A stretch of 63,958 bases of DNA, counting the filler, from Sphacelaria rigidula (taxonomy: Eukaryota): NCBI GenBank assembly GCA_964200075.2. It is 10 parts of 10 records of this genome, joined end to end, with 100 filler letters (N's around TTAATTAATTAA, not from the genome) between each part and the next. Parts side by side here need not be neighbours in the genome. Positions count along the whole stretch, not along the records: positions 19,219 to 25,524 come from CAXNAA020020889.1; positions 25,625 to 31,930 come from CAXNAA020020890.1; positions 32,031 to 38,336 come from CAXNAA020020891.1; 7 more parts are not named here. One strand, written 5' to 3'. The stretch's first letter is position 1, and the number at the start of each line of letters is the position of its first letter. Positions 22,310 to 33,520 of this stretch are shown piece after piece. The position numbers and the translations under genes are program-made. The notes under the pieces are model-generated. The model saw nothing but the letters and a program-made list of their open reading frames with translations, did no database searches and was not told where the DNA came from.

Positions 22310-23906
22310 CAAAAACCATAAATGCTCCAGATGGACTACCCTCGCGATCCAAGGGTTAACTCATAACATATATTTTTTCTTCATCAATTTTCATGGATTT
22401 CTTGAAAACAAAGCCCAAATGATGGATTCATCGTACAAATGCTGACTACATAAAAATGCAATACTCAAATCAAGAGGCACAAAATGAACTCAAGTACCAC
22501 AACCCATGTTTTGATCGATATTTGGCGGATGTTCACGGAAAAAGCCATGATGTGTCGGCCACATCGTGCCCCACCACGCGGGGGGCACCCTCCAGACGGT
22601 GGGCGTATCGCTTTCGACTCCCGTGTGTCCCAGCGTACACGGTGACTCTGAACTATTTTAAACGTCGGAAAGCTCATGAGCTATCTCAAAAAACCAATCG
22701 AAGAGGACTCTTACATCCGTTGCCCAACAACACAAAAAACACAACAGCGGGGTCTGGGAAGTCGAAGCGCCACCTTTGCGCTACTGCGAGTGTCCGGCGT
22801 CCAGCGCTATAGGAAGCAACTTCGGAAAGAGGGCCCAAACGAGCTCGCTCATGATCCGGATCAGTACACTAATAAGAAGTGATAAGTCGGTAGCTCATGA
22901 GCTGTTCGACGCATGGAACCATGAATAACCTTGTTGCTGCTCCCTTTTTCCCACCCTTGCTTCAAGGAGAAAGTTGTCTTTTCGACAGTTATCATCCAGG
23001 GAGCGGATCCCGGCCTTCTTTTCGCATACCGCACCATCCACTCAAACAGTTTGGTCATAACTTCGTGTTTTAACTACTTCTCCCTGCATCAATAATTTCA
23101 TATTATTTTGTACTCAATCAAGCAAAACACAAAATGTGCTCTCGATTGTGAGGGTTCCAGGTTCAAAGGGGGCAGGTGTTGTCTATATGGTCCGCAAAAC
23201 GTCGGGTAGCGAGGCGTGTACTCATGATTGTGCATGCCGCAGTGATCATACGACCGTTGGCATCGCATCCCTACAAAGCCAGCACGGAGCACGCCGGGTT
23301 TTCGCCGGACCAGGCACGCAGTCGAGCACCAAGCGCGAAGCGCCGTAACGTGTTCGGCAAGTCGAATGGAGGAAGAGCTGCATCCTACGAAGATTGTTGT
23401 ACCCGAAGCCCACGTACTAGTCATCTTGCGTTTAGATTGAAGCCTTCAATGGGTTGCTTCAATTTCTGGTATCATCACTTTCAGAGACAGCCACGACGAG
23501 GTCGGGGTGAGGGGAGGGGGGGGAAGGGGACGCCCTTCTCTCCGTCTCGATTGAAACGTTGAAGCATAGTTTTGCGCATTACTCATCGGCAGTCCACACC
23601 GACACACCGATTCACCCGGAATTTTCATAATTCGTCCGCCTCATTGTTACATATTCATCGATATCAGTTCCCCAGAGGTCTCAAGTTATTCGGCACCTGA
23701 GTATACCAGACCTATTCCTTCATCATCATGTCATGGCTACTTGCCTGCGGCTGTGATGTACTCTACTGAGGGAGTCCTCTCCGCCAAGTTCCTCTCTGCG
23801 TCTTACCTTCCCCCTTGCGTTGCCCCAGTTAAGGCATTTATCAAACCGCCAAACAGGAAAGGAAAAGGCTCAAGAGCAAGAACAACGAAACCAAACAACG
23901 CCAAAC

Positions 23907-24068
23907 CTGGTCTATGTCGTGGGCCGACAGCCTCGGGTAGATGGCATCGTAGAGGGGCTGCACCAACGGTTGATACGCGAAGTCGTCTACCATAGCGTCA
24001 TCCTCCAAGGACAGAGGTCGGATTATCTTCACGATCGACCCCACCACCCGAAGAGCCTCCGCGATAAT
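23907..24068 (-). CDS. CAND1: CAND1, internal exon
   Basis: cag|IIAEALRVVGSIVKIIRPL...LYDAIYPRLSAHDIDQ|gtttgg. Matches CAND1 ITSEAL.V...VKVIRPL...RL.A.DIDQ. Confidence 0.9.
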
Positions 24069-24673
24069 CTGGACACCAGCCGTCGAATAAACGCAAACCA
24101 AACCGACGGCAAGCCGACGACAACGACATTGACAACAGCGGCGCTTGATTAACCAGTGGGATACATCTAAGCAGAGGGGCATAAAAACAAGGTAAACGAG
24201 GGGGTAATAACGAGCTGGGGAGGGGAAGGCCCCGCTTGTACGGACGGAGACGTGAGGCTGGTACGAATGGAAGCAGGGACGGACGGACGGACGGATTGAC
24301 AGTAACATAACGCACTTGAAGGCAGAGGGGCAAGGTGAAAAGATGGCCACAGGTTGGTTGGTCCATAGAAATCGTTCAGGATGAGAGTCGGTAGCCATTG
24401 CTTACTCGGTTTTTCAAGGGTTTCGCGGATGAAAACAAAATTAGACACGTTCCTCAAGGATATCTCGAGTTTGTGCGTGTGCATTTCAGCCCTATTTCGG
24501 TCGGTTCATCGACTTCCTGGGGTCCACGGTGGGTTTCCAGTGACAGGCAAAGCGGGCACAAATATGATTAGACCCACAGACGGCTTGCATTGGACTCCCG
24601 GTCACGAACACACTGTTTTTGTGTGACATTTTCCCTCTCATCTCTTCGAAACAGCGACAGACACGGAATGTAC

Positions 24674-24802
24674 CTTGTACCAGTCCTCCTTGACACAGGC
24701 CGTCACGTGTCCGATAGTTTGCTTGATGGTGGCATGGAAGACGAACGGAGGGTGCTTCTCCATGCTCAGTCGAAGGAACAGCAGCGCCTCCAGCTTTAGG
24801 CT
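24674..24802 (-). CDS. CAND1: CAND1, internal exon
   Basis: cag|SLKLEALLFLRLSMEKHPPFVFHATIKQTIGHVTACVKEDWYK|gtacat. Matches CAND1 NLKIDAL...H.P.VFH...V.ACV.D.FYK. All three exons are phase 0. Confidence 0.9.
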
Positions 24803-25624
24803 CTGGACTCACCGTTCGCGTTTCGTTCATGGGGGGGAATAAAGAACATGAGGGACAAAAAATGATGTCAAGAAAGAGGAAACCACAGGGATATACCAAG
24901 GCAGTGTTGGGAAGGGTGAGAGTATTTTCTACATTGAGGTATTTTTAAAAACCGTGTTCTCACATACCAGGAATCGGGTACAGTATTGAGATCGTGCACA
25001 ACAACACCCGGGCATTGGATAGAGTACTACAGTCGTACCTACCTCGACACATACGTGATTCTCATCCATTCCATACCTTCCCCAATACTTGGGTAGAGGT
25101 TCGAGATCGGATCATATATGAACACAAGATTCGGGAGAGTAAATACCCAGGTACGTACCCTACTCTACACCCCTTAGAACGCATGAATGAACGAACGAAC
25201 AAACGAACGAACGAAGACGAAAAACACGACATACATCACAGCGCATTAAACAGACAGGCGGCGGCGAGCCATGAAAATATATATACGAGTCGAACGTTGA
25301 ACAAAACATTTTCGGCTCCGAGCGATTCTTCAGTTTTTTCGGATACCACTACTCATCGCGGTTTTTGTTTGATCCCAAACTTCGGGAATCGAGGTACATG
25401 AATACCAGAAACAATTATTGAAAGAGAAGAAGAAACTCACGACCACTTTTGAACGAGATCAAGGGTCGGACAAATAATCATTGGTGAGTAAATTACTCGG
25501 TTTTAGTATGATGAGTCGACTCGTNNNNNNNNNNNNNNNNNNNNNNNNNNNNNNNNNNNNNNNNNNNNTTAATTAATTAANNNNNNNNNNNNNNNNNNNN
25601 NNNNNNNNNNNNNNNNNNNNNNNN

Positions 25625-27210
25625 GTTACATGCCATTTGGAGTTGATTGCGAAAGTCTTCCGACCCGTGCGACCTGTTCGTTTGTGTCTCCGCTATAATC
25701 GGAATTATGGGGACCAGAAATACTCGGGGTATTATGCCAGAAACAGTTCCGAAAACATAAAGGGCCGCGAGGGACGGTTGATCTGTTTCTCCGTTCCTGA
25801 CGCGTGACAACTGATGCTGCGAGTAAGCGCTTCCGAGGTTTCCTTGAACCGCCCCGAGTCATTACCATATCTGTCGAGCTCGAGCCTTCTACTTTCCGGC
25901 TATGAAATACCCCTATCCGAAGCCGCGATGCTTTTATATTAGCTATATAGGCAGTACCGTTCACTCTCGGAAACCTCAAGTGATAGAGCTGCAAGCAGGC
26001 GAGCAGGCAAGCAGACAACAAGTGGTGTATTGCCCCAGCAGTGGGTCATTGCGACGCTCGTGTATGAATATATCACCATCTTAGTACTCGTATGGCCGGT
26101 TGTGTCTTCTCGTCGTGGCCGCTGCAACGAACAGTTGTTCAATATTCTGTACTTGACAACTACAGGCCCAGCGGGCAGTTTTTTTCTCGAGCCGAAGGGC
26201 CACGCAAGACCAAATGGCAAAATTGCATGGGAGGCCCTGATCGGTAAATACGAGAACTCTTCGAAGCAACGGCGGCGTATTCTTATACGTCAGCTAGATA
26301 GCACCAAAATGTCACCTGGACAAGAACCTGACGTGTTTTTTCGACCAAGATCTATGAATTACGTAAGCAGCTGGTGTTCATGGGTGAACCCATTTCAGAT
26401 GATAGGCTCACGGACATCGCGGTGGAAGGCTTGACAGATGAACACGACAGGATCAAGTATGATGCGGAGCGTGACCCAGACTTCAGCATCTCCGACATCG
26501 AAGTAACAATGAGGAATATGTGTTCGAATCGCGTCGCACGCGGAATTTTGTCGAAGGCAGTACGCGGACGTGATTCCGCCATGATAGCGACCTCACCTCT
26601 CGATTCATCTGCATCACCTTATAGATTTGCTGGGAAACGTTTTTCCTGCGGTCGGCCTGGACACCAAAGCCGCGACTGTCGCTCTAAACGACAGTCTAAC
26701 AGCAGGAGCAGGACTGTGAAATGGTGCAGCCTGCATCGTACAGATAAACACGGCAATTCCGAATGCAAGAATCAAATCACCAACAACGGCGGTGCGCCGA
26801 CGAGTAGCAGCAGGAACAACAACTTTTACAACAAAAACAACCATTGCCGTCGCAGCAAGACACGCAACAACAACAACAACTCCGGCTCCAGCGCAAACAA
26901 CACCATCAATCATCAGAATCAAGCGAATACCGCCACCATGGATCCTGCATCAACCACTACACCAACTGCTGTTCCTTCCAATAACCAAGTTCAAGACACC
27001 AGCGGACCTTCATCTTCAACATTGACTGACACATGCGCGCCACCAAGCGGCATAGGCTATACCTTTTTTGCTGATCCTGCAGACAAGGATAACACTCGGC
27101 TACCGGTTTTGATATCATTCAAGATGGTATGGGACTCCGGGGCCAGTCATCATTACATCGACGATCAGCTACAATCTAATATTGAAGAGGGGATGTTTGA
27201 TAGATTGCCC
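25625..27210 (+). mobile_element. Ty1/Copia remnant (gag, zinc knuckles, protease start), 3'-truncated
   Basis: LFNILYLTTTGPA...NGKIAWEALIGKY and MGEPISDDRLTDIAVEGLTDE (Copia gag). CGRPGHQSRDC and WCSLH knuckles. PR WDSGASHH. Frameshift near 26340. Decayed copia-type PBS TTATGGGGACCAG at 25705-25717. Confidence 0.85.
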
Positions 27211-27299
27211 TGTGTCCAGGGCGCTTCCAATTTCAATTTATTTTGTTGTTCGTGACGTTGCCGTCTCGTATTTCGGCGGTAAAACCGGAGGGGTCTCGG

Positions 27300-27630
27300 C
27301 TCGACCGTTCTACTCTGAAGTGAAAAGGTCTGCCCTTAACTTATTTTGTAATTTACACGTGGTATCTATATTTCATGGTTCGGACGAATCATCGCCTATT
27401 TGAATCACACAATCCACGATTTCGTAGGCCTGATTGCTCGAAAGAGAGAAAAAAGTCAACCGCTAGTCAAACAGGTCCCCACGCAACGTTTGAGCCATTC
27501 CACGTGCCTGGGCTACGCGTACCTGGGTTGCAACACTGAAAACAAAGTCTAAGGATTGATTCATACAGTACGAATCAATTCCACTAAAAATCGAATAATT
27601 TCCGGACTGATCATTGATTCGTCCCTTACT
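27300..27630 (+). repeat. Dispersed repeat family (GGTTCGGAC.AATCATCGCC / TTCGTCCGACCCTTG)
   Basis: Homologous segments at ~62950-63222 (+), ~54850-55110 (-), 19219-19320 and 25430-25524, in four scaffolds. Confidence 0.75.
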
Positions 27631-30171
27631 ATCTTCGTACGGTAGGCAGTGGAGGGACTGATGGACTCGTTGCAGTACCAAAACGCACAGGCATTCAGCA
27701 TAATGTAAATGTTTCGTCTTGTGTCTTGTTCGAATCACGTGTTACATACTGCCTGTACTGCAGTATGGTTGCGTCCTAGCATTCCCTGACAAAAACTACG
27801 ATCCCCCCGCCTCGTTCACAGTTCATGATAACCAGAGCATGTCGATGGCCTATATATAATGCATACAGTATCCGTTTTTGAACTGGTACGGTATACTAAA
27901 GTCTTTGGTACAACATGCAGCATGCGGGGGTTCTATCGAAAAACAATTGGTTCACCAGAATCCAAGTGCAACGACGATGGACTCGCTGGCATCTCTTCTA
28001 CATATTTTCCAATGAAGCGTGATGAAACATGAGGAGCGATACCGTGACGGGCTTCCTTAGGGGAGTACAGCGCTTTAGGCACAAGCGCGCTGGCACGATG
28101 TCGACAACACGGAAAACGCGAACGCGCGTGCTGCTCGAACATAACGCTCTCCGCGTGTGTAGTTTAATTCAATGCGTTTTATTTAATTCAATGCAGAGGT
28201 AACCCTACGGATGTGGAGCCGATACTACTGTTATGGGCGCGCCTGACCCACCGAAATGAGCCTAAAAAATGTCACCGACCAAAAGCACGAATAGACCGGA
28301 GATCTCGTTCATCCCCTGACTATGCACCCCGTTAAAGTCCTCGAAGTCATTTTGATTTGAGCAGGGTTTCCATTTTACGGTCTCAAAGTTTTCTCGTTCC
28401 GGAGTACGAACAACGACGTGGCTCGGCTACTAACCTGCGTGTATTTGTCCCAGCAACAATCGTCCGAATGGTTTTCCCAAAGAAATTAGGGTAATAATGG
28501 AGAAAATCTAAAAAAAAAACATGTTTTTTCATTTGGTTCATTAAAAGGCCGTTTCTTCTGGTTCGTTTTTTCCCCTCGTTATTTGCAAATAACGGGAGAA
28601 AAATACAAGATGGCTCCTTACGGTTCGTTTTTTCACCAGCTTCTCGGGGAAAAAATACAACACGAGGGAAGTTGTACAAGATGGGCCCTCCTGGCTTGTA
28701 TTTTTTCAGAAAATACGAGACGAGATCGGCTTGTATTTTCCTCTCGTTTTTTTTCATTTGCGGCGCGGCGAGACTAGCAACGCTCACCAGCCCTGAATAT
28801 GTTTGTGTCCATCGACATCTGCGGGGCTCTCCTGACAGCAATGTCGAACATCACCAGCTCCGTTTACACACTAGACCAAACTTTGATCCGCCATCCCGGC
28901 GCACGCGAGATGTCGTCAGGGGTTGGTGAACGATTGACATCGACCGTGCTCTCGAAAACCTGAGCACAGACAGTACCCAGCGCAGAGATTACAGGATACT
29001 GTAGTAGTACGGACGGCTGTAGTAAAAACCATGCGTACAACGTGGGATATGCGGACAACATGCAATACAAACAACACCAGGCAGTACCGTACTGTCTGCA
29101 CTGCCGCATTGAACAGTAGGATCCACATGTCATGCTGCACTCAACGGCTGCCGGAAATGATTTGTTTGGACGACGTGCAGTGGAGACAGTACATGACTTG
29201 TACTGTCGCGATCAACAGCACAGTAGAATGAAAATGTCAATTTGCTAGTATAATAGCACAACGACTGCAATAAATATGATGTGGGCAACGTGCAGTACAG
29301 ACAGAACTGAGCAGCGCAATGTTGCCTGTTCGACCTGTCGCATGCGGCAGTATACATGCGCACATGCCAGGTTGCTAACGGAAATATACAACGGCTGCAC
29401 CTGGCTGCACTAAAATTGATGTGGAGGAGTGCAGTACAGACAGAACTAGACAAACAGTACACTACTACTGTCTGTACTGCCGCATACGGAATACGACAGT
29501 ATAGATAGAAGAGGCCAGTTTGCACACAGAGCGAGCTGGGTCAGGAGCGATCGGGGGAGGTCTGTATGTCACGTCTTCTTACACAAAAACAGGGAGCTTG
29601 GCATGGCAAAGTCTCTAGGTGTTTGTACCGCGCTTTGGCGTGCCCACCCATTTGAATTCCGCTGACGGTACTTTAGGTACACCACCCCCCTAAAAAACAT
29701 ATCTGGAACCGTAAGCTAGGGTCAACATCTCTCATAGTATATTCCCAGCGGGGTTTTTTCCTCGTAACTTCTTGCAAAAAAAGAGGGAAAAAATCGAACC
29801 GGAAGGAACGGCGTAAGGATCGCATCCTGATGAAATAAAAGCCATTCATCCGGTACAATTTTAGCTGTCGTCTTGGCGCAGAAGGTGCAAAAAAACGCAT
29901 CCCAATCGATGGCCGTGGCGATGAGTATTTTCTTCAAAATAATGGGCTATGATCGCGAACACGCGCCTCCAACCCTTGCCGGTTTCCACAAAACGCGAAA
30001 ACCTCACCCCTGTCCAATAAGGTCGTGGTTTAACGAAACAAGGAATATATATGATGATTATTTCGTGATAGTGATAGTGAAGTGACGGCTCACAACTTCA
30101 TTATCACGAGAACCACGCGCTGTTCTGATCGAGTATGCTAGGGTGGGAAACAAGTTATACAGAAACGGTAA

Positions 30172-31451
30172 AACAGCACGCGAATAGACCAGCGACTTCA
30201 AGGAGGGCGGCAATCACGCGCAAGGGGGTATGGATATTGTCGCAGGTCGAAACGCGGACCGCTTTCCGCACGAGAAGAAGCAACAGCAGCAGTATCATCA
30301 GCAGCATCGTTATTGCCAGTAGATGTACGCGGCTGGGGGTGGGTCTACATCAGCCGGTGCCGATATTGCTGCTACTGCTGCTGCTGCTGCTGCTGCTGTT
30401 CTTACTCAAGAGAGAGACGGTCCGCATTTCGATCGTGCTACAACGCTCACGCACCTTGCACGTGATAGCCACAGTGCTGGAAAACGCTGGTCCGTACTAC
30501 CCGTCGATAGGTCTATGCTTGCTCACTAGGCTAAGTGTTGAGATATATCGCTGCGCGCATCTCTGTGTGCGAGCTTTGCACGTCGGGTGTGTCTCGCACG
30601 CGTGGCTGCTGCTGGTGATGGGAATGGAGCCAGCGTTTAATACAGGGGGAAACGAGTGATATGTACTCGTACTGAAAATTCTACGATTGTACGGGGGTAA
30701 CAACACGCAAATAGATCGCAGTCTACTTTAAATACTACCGTAGGAGGGGGCAATAACGCGCCAGGTGCATGGGTACTGTCGCACGTCGAAAGGCGGGCCG
30801 CCTCCCGCACGAGAAGCAGCAGCACCAGAAGCACCAGCAGTATCTCTATTGCCAGTAAATGTGTACGGGTGGGGGTGGATCTGAATCAGCCGGTGCCGAT
30901 ACTGCTGCTGCTGCTGCTGCTGCTGCTGCCGCTGCTGCTGCCGTTTTTCCTCACGAGAGAGCCGGTCCGCGTTTCAATCGTGCTACAACGCCCACGCACC
31001 TTGCGCGTGATAGCCACCATGCCGGAAAGCGCTGGTCCGTGCTGCCCGCTGATAAGTCAATGCTTCCTCACCACGCTAAGTGCTAGAAGATAGTGCTGTG
31101 CGCATCTCTCTGTGCGAGCTGTGCACATCGGGTGTGTCTCGCACGCGTGGCTACTGCTGGCGATGGCGTTGGAAGAACAAAGCCAGCGTCCAATATACGG
31201 GGAAAACAAGTGATACGTACCCGTACTGAAATGCTGCCGTATACTGATACAATATTAGGGTAACAACACGCAAACAGGTCATAATCGATTTCAAATGGGG
31301 AGGAGCAAATAACGCGCCAGGTACATGGGTATTGTCGCACGTCGAAACGCGGACCACCTCCCGCACAGAAGAAGAAGTAACAGTGGCCATAACTCGCAAG
31401 GTGCGTGGGTATTATCGCAAGTCGAAACGTGGACCGCCTCCCGCACGAGAA

Positions 31452-31485
<34 letters not shown>

Positions 31486-31547
31486 CTTTATCTCCAGTGA
31501 ATGTGTACGGTTGGGGGTGGTTCTGCATCAGCCCGTGCCGATGCTAC

Positions 31548-31578
<31 letters not shown>

Positions 31579-31660
31579 CTTCATAGTAGGCGGTCCGCGT
31601 TTCGACCGTGCGACAACACCCACGCACCTTGCGAGTGATGGCCACTGTTGTGCTGGTCAC
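30172..31660. repeat. Tandem array of ~530-560-bp units, each an inverted repeat with (CAG)n/(CTG)n arms
   Basis: Units start AAC(A)ACACGC.AA.AG at ~30172, 30699 and 31262. Arms GTCGAAACGCGGACCGC / CGGTCCGCGTTTCGA. A solo copy lies at 56898-57127. Confidence 0.85.
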
Positions 31661-32690
31661 ATGCAAACTCCGCTCCAGTGCTCTGTAAGTCAACATCGCT
31701 AGAAGGACACTCCCATTACCACCTTGCCGGCTGCCAGACTGTCACAGACCCTCAAAACGTTGGATCCGCTAGCATCGCTACTGTCAGTACGGAGGTGTTA
31801 CCCACTTGTCAGGTACGTTTTGGAGGATGATACTAAGATAGATGATTATCGCCCTTTCTTGTATAAACAACAAATTGTGCGAATTGAGGTTTACCTTTGA
31901 GATGAGGCTCAAGCCTAAAACAGTGCTTTCNNNNNNNNNNNNNNNNNNNNNNNNNNNNNNNNNNNNNNNNNNNNTTAATTAATTAANNNNNNNNNNNNNN
32001 NNNNNNNNNNNNNNNNNNNNNNNNNNNNNNGGATCATGATGGCCCCCCCGCGGTTTTTCGCAAGGTCAATAATCCTTTGCCCCAACCCGGGACAATCATG
32101 AGTCCCCCCCCCCCCCCAACCGGTTGGTCAGTTTCTGGTGCATTCCCGCACACGGAGTATACGGCAGTAACGGACAGAAGCGATATCACTCGCAAGTCTC
32201 GCTGTGCTTCCTCACAAAAGCGCAGACAAGGCAGAACATGACCACGTATGCAGGGCCCCACGGTTTCCTTCAAGCAGACGGCATTCGAATACATCATTCC
32301 CCCTTGATTATGAGAAGGATGAAACAGACGCACACAACGTGTACACAAGGCCTACTACAGTGCGATCTGCGTCACCCCAAAAGCAGTTATCACGATCACC
32401 ATGTCTTGTGTTCCCCTCGCCGCTGCCTTTGCCTCTCTTGACTCTTGCTACCGCCTCTCAGAGCTTGTACTTCTGTCTCGCTACCCCACAATGTCACCCC
32501 CACAGGTCTCTACAAATAACAGAAAGCCTCCTGAGTCATTTTACGACAGGGGTGCACACTCGAATCCGAACGTTTTCTGAGGCTGCACATGATGAAAAAG
32601 GCCAAGATGCTTGTCATCGATAGGCTCCCTAAGTGCAGAGCCTCAGACAAACATGTGGACTACATAGGGAGCGTGAGAAGAAAAAAAGAA

Positions 32691-33520
32691 AGGGAGTCGT
32701 ATGCCGACAGTTGCCGCAGGAGTCGGGACTTTTGCAGAGCCTTGATCCGCAGCAGTGTCGCGCGCGCCACCTTATCCACGTGAATTACACGTGGAACTGC
32801 CACACCAGGAGACAGGCTCGCCAGCGGGGCCCCTCACGAGGCGAGGGAGCTGGTCGTACTGCAGGTCCTTGTACCCGTGAAGCAACGACTGCGACACCCC
32901 GTTCTGGTGGCCGGTACTCTGGTACGGGAAGCGTGGGTCGTGGAAGCAGCGCACACTCCAGAAGTCCCGTCTGAGGTGGTCGCCTGTCAGACTCGAAGGG
33001 TCCACGGAGACATGTACTCCCCACTAACGGCCGACATATCCTTGGCCTCGGCCAGCCTGGATGTAAGACAATCAACCGACACCCACGGCATGAGGTGACG
33101 AGAGCATCATGCCGTGGGTGTCGGTTGATTTTCTTTCATCCAGGCTGGCTGAGCTCAGGGATATGTTGGCCATTAGTGGGAAGTCAATGTCTCCGTGGAC
33201 CCTTCGAGTCTAACAGGCGACCACCTCAAACGGCACTTCTGGAGTGTGTGCTGCTTCCACGACCCACGCTCCCCATGCTAGGGCACCGGCCATTAGAACA
33301 GGGTGTGTCGATCGTTACTCGACGAGTATAACGACCGGCAGTACGACCAGCTCCCCCGCCTCTTTGAGAAGAGACTGGGGCCCCGCTGGCGAGCCTGTCT
33401 CCTCATGAAGCGGTTCCACGTATATGTGACGTGGATGAGGTGTCGCGCGTCACACTGCTGGAGGAGCACGGCTCTGCAATAGTCCTGACTTCTGCGGTAT
33501 CTCTCGGCAAAACACTCCCT
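32691..33520. repeat. 830-bp foldback inverted repeat
   Basis: 32691-33093 is the diverged reverse complement of 33107-33520. Innermost stem AATCAACCGACACCCACGGCATGA / TCATGCCGTGGGTGTCGGTTGATT. 13-nt loop. Confidence 0.9.

Noticed and set aside
30135..31702. Poly-Leu/Ala/Ser ORFs resembling membrane or signal peptides
   Set aside because: They are translations of the CAG/CTG satellite.
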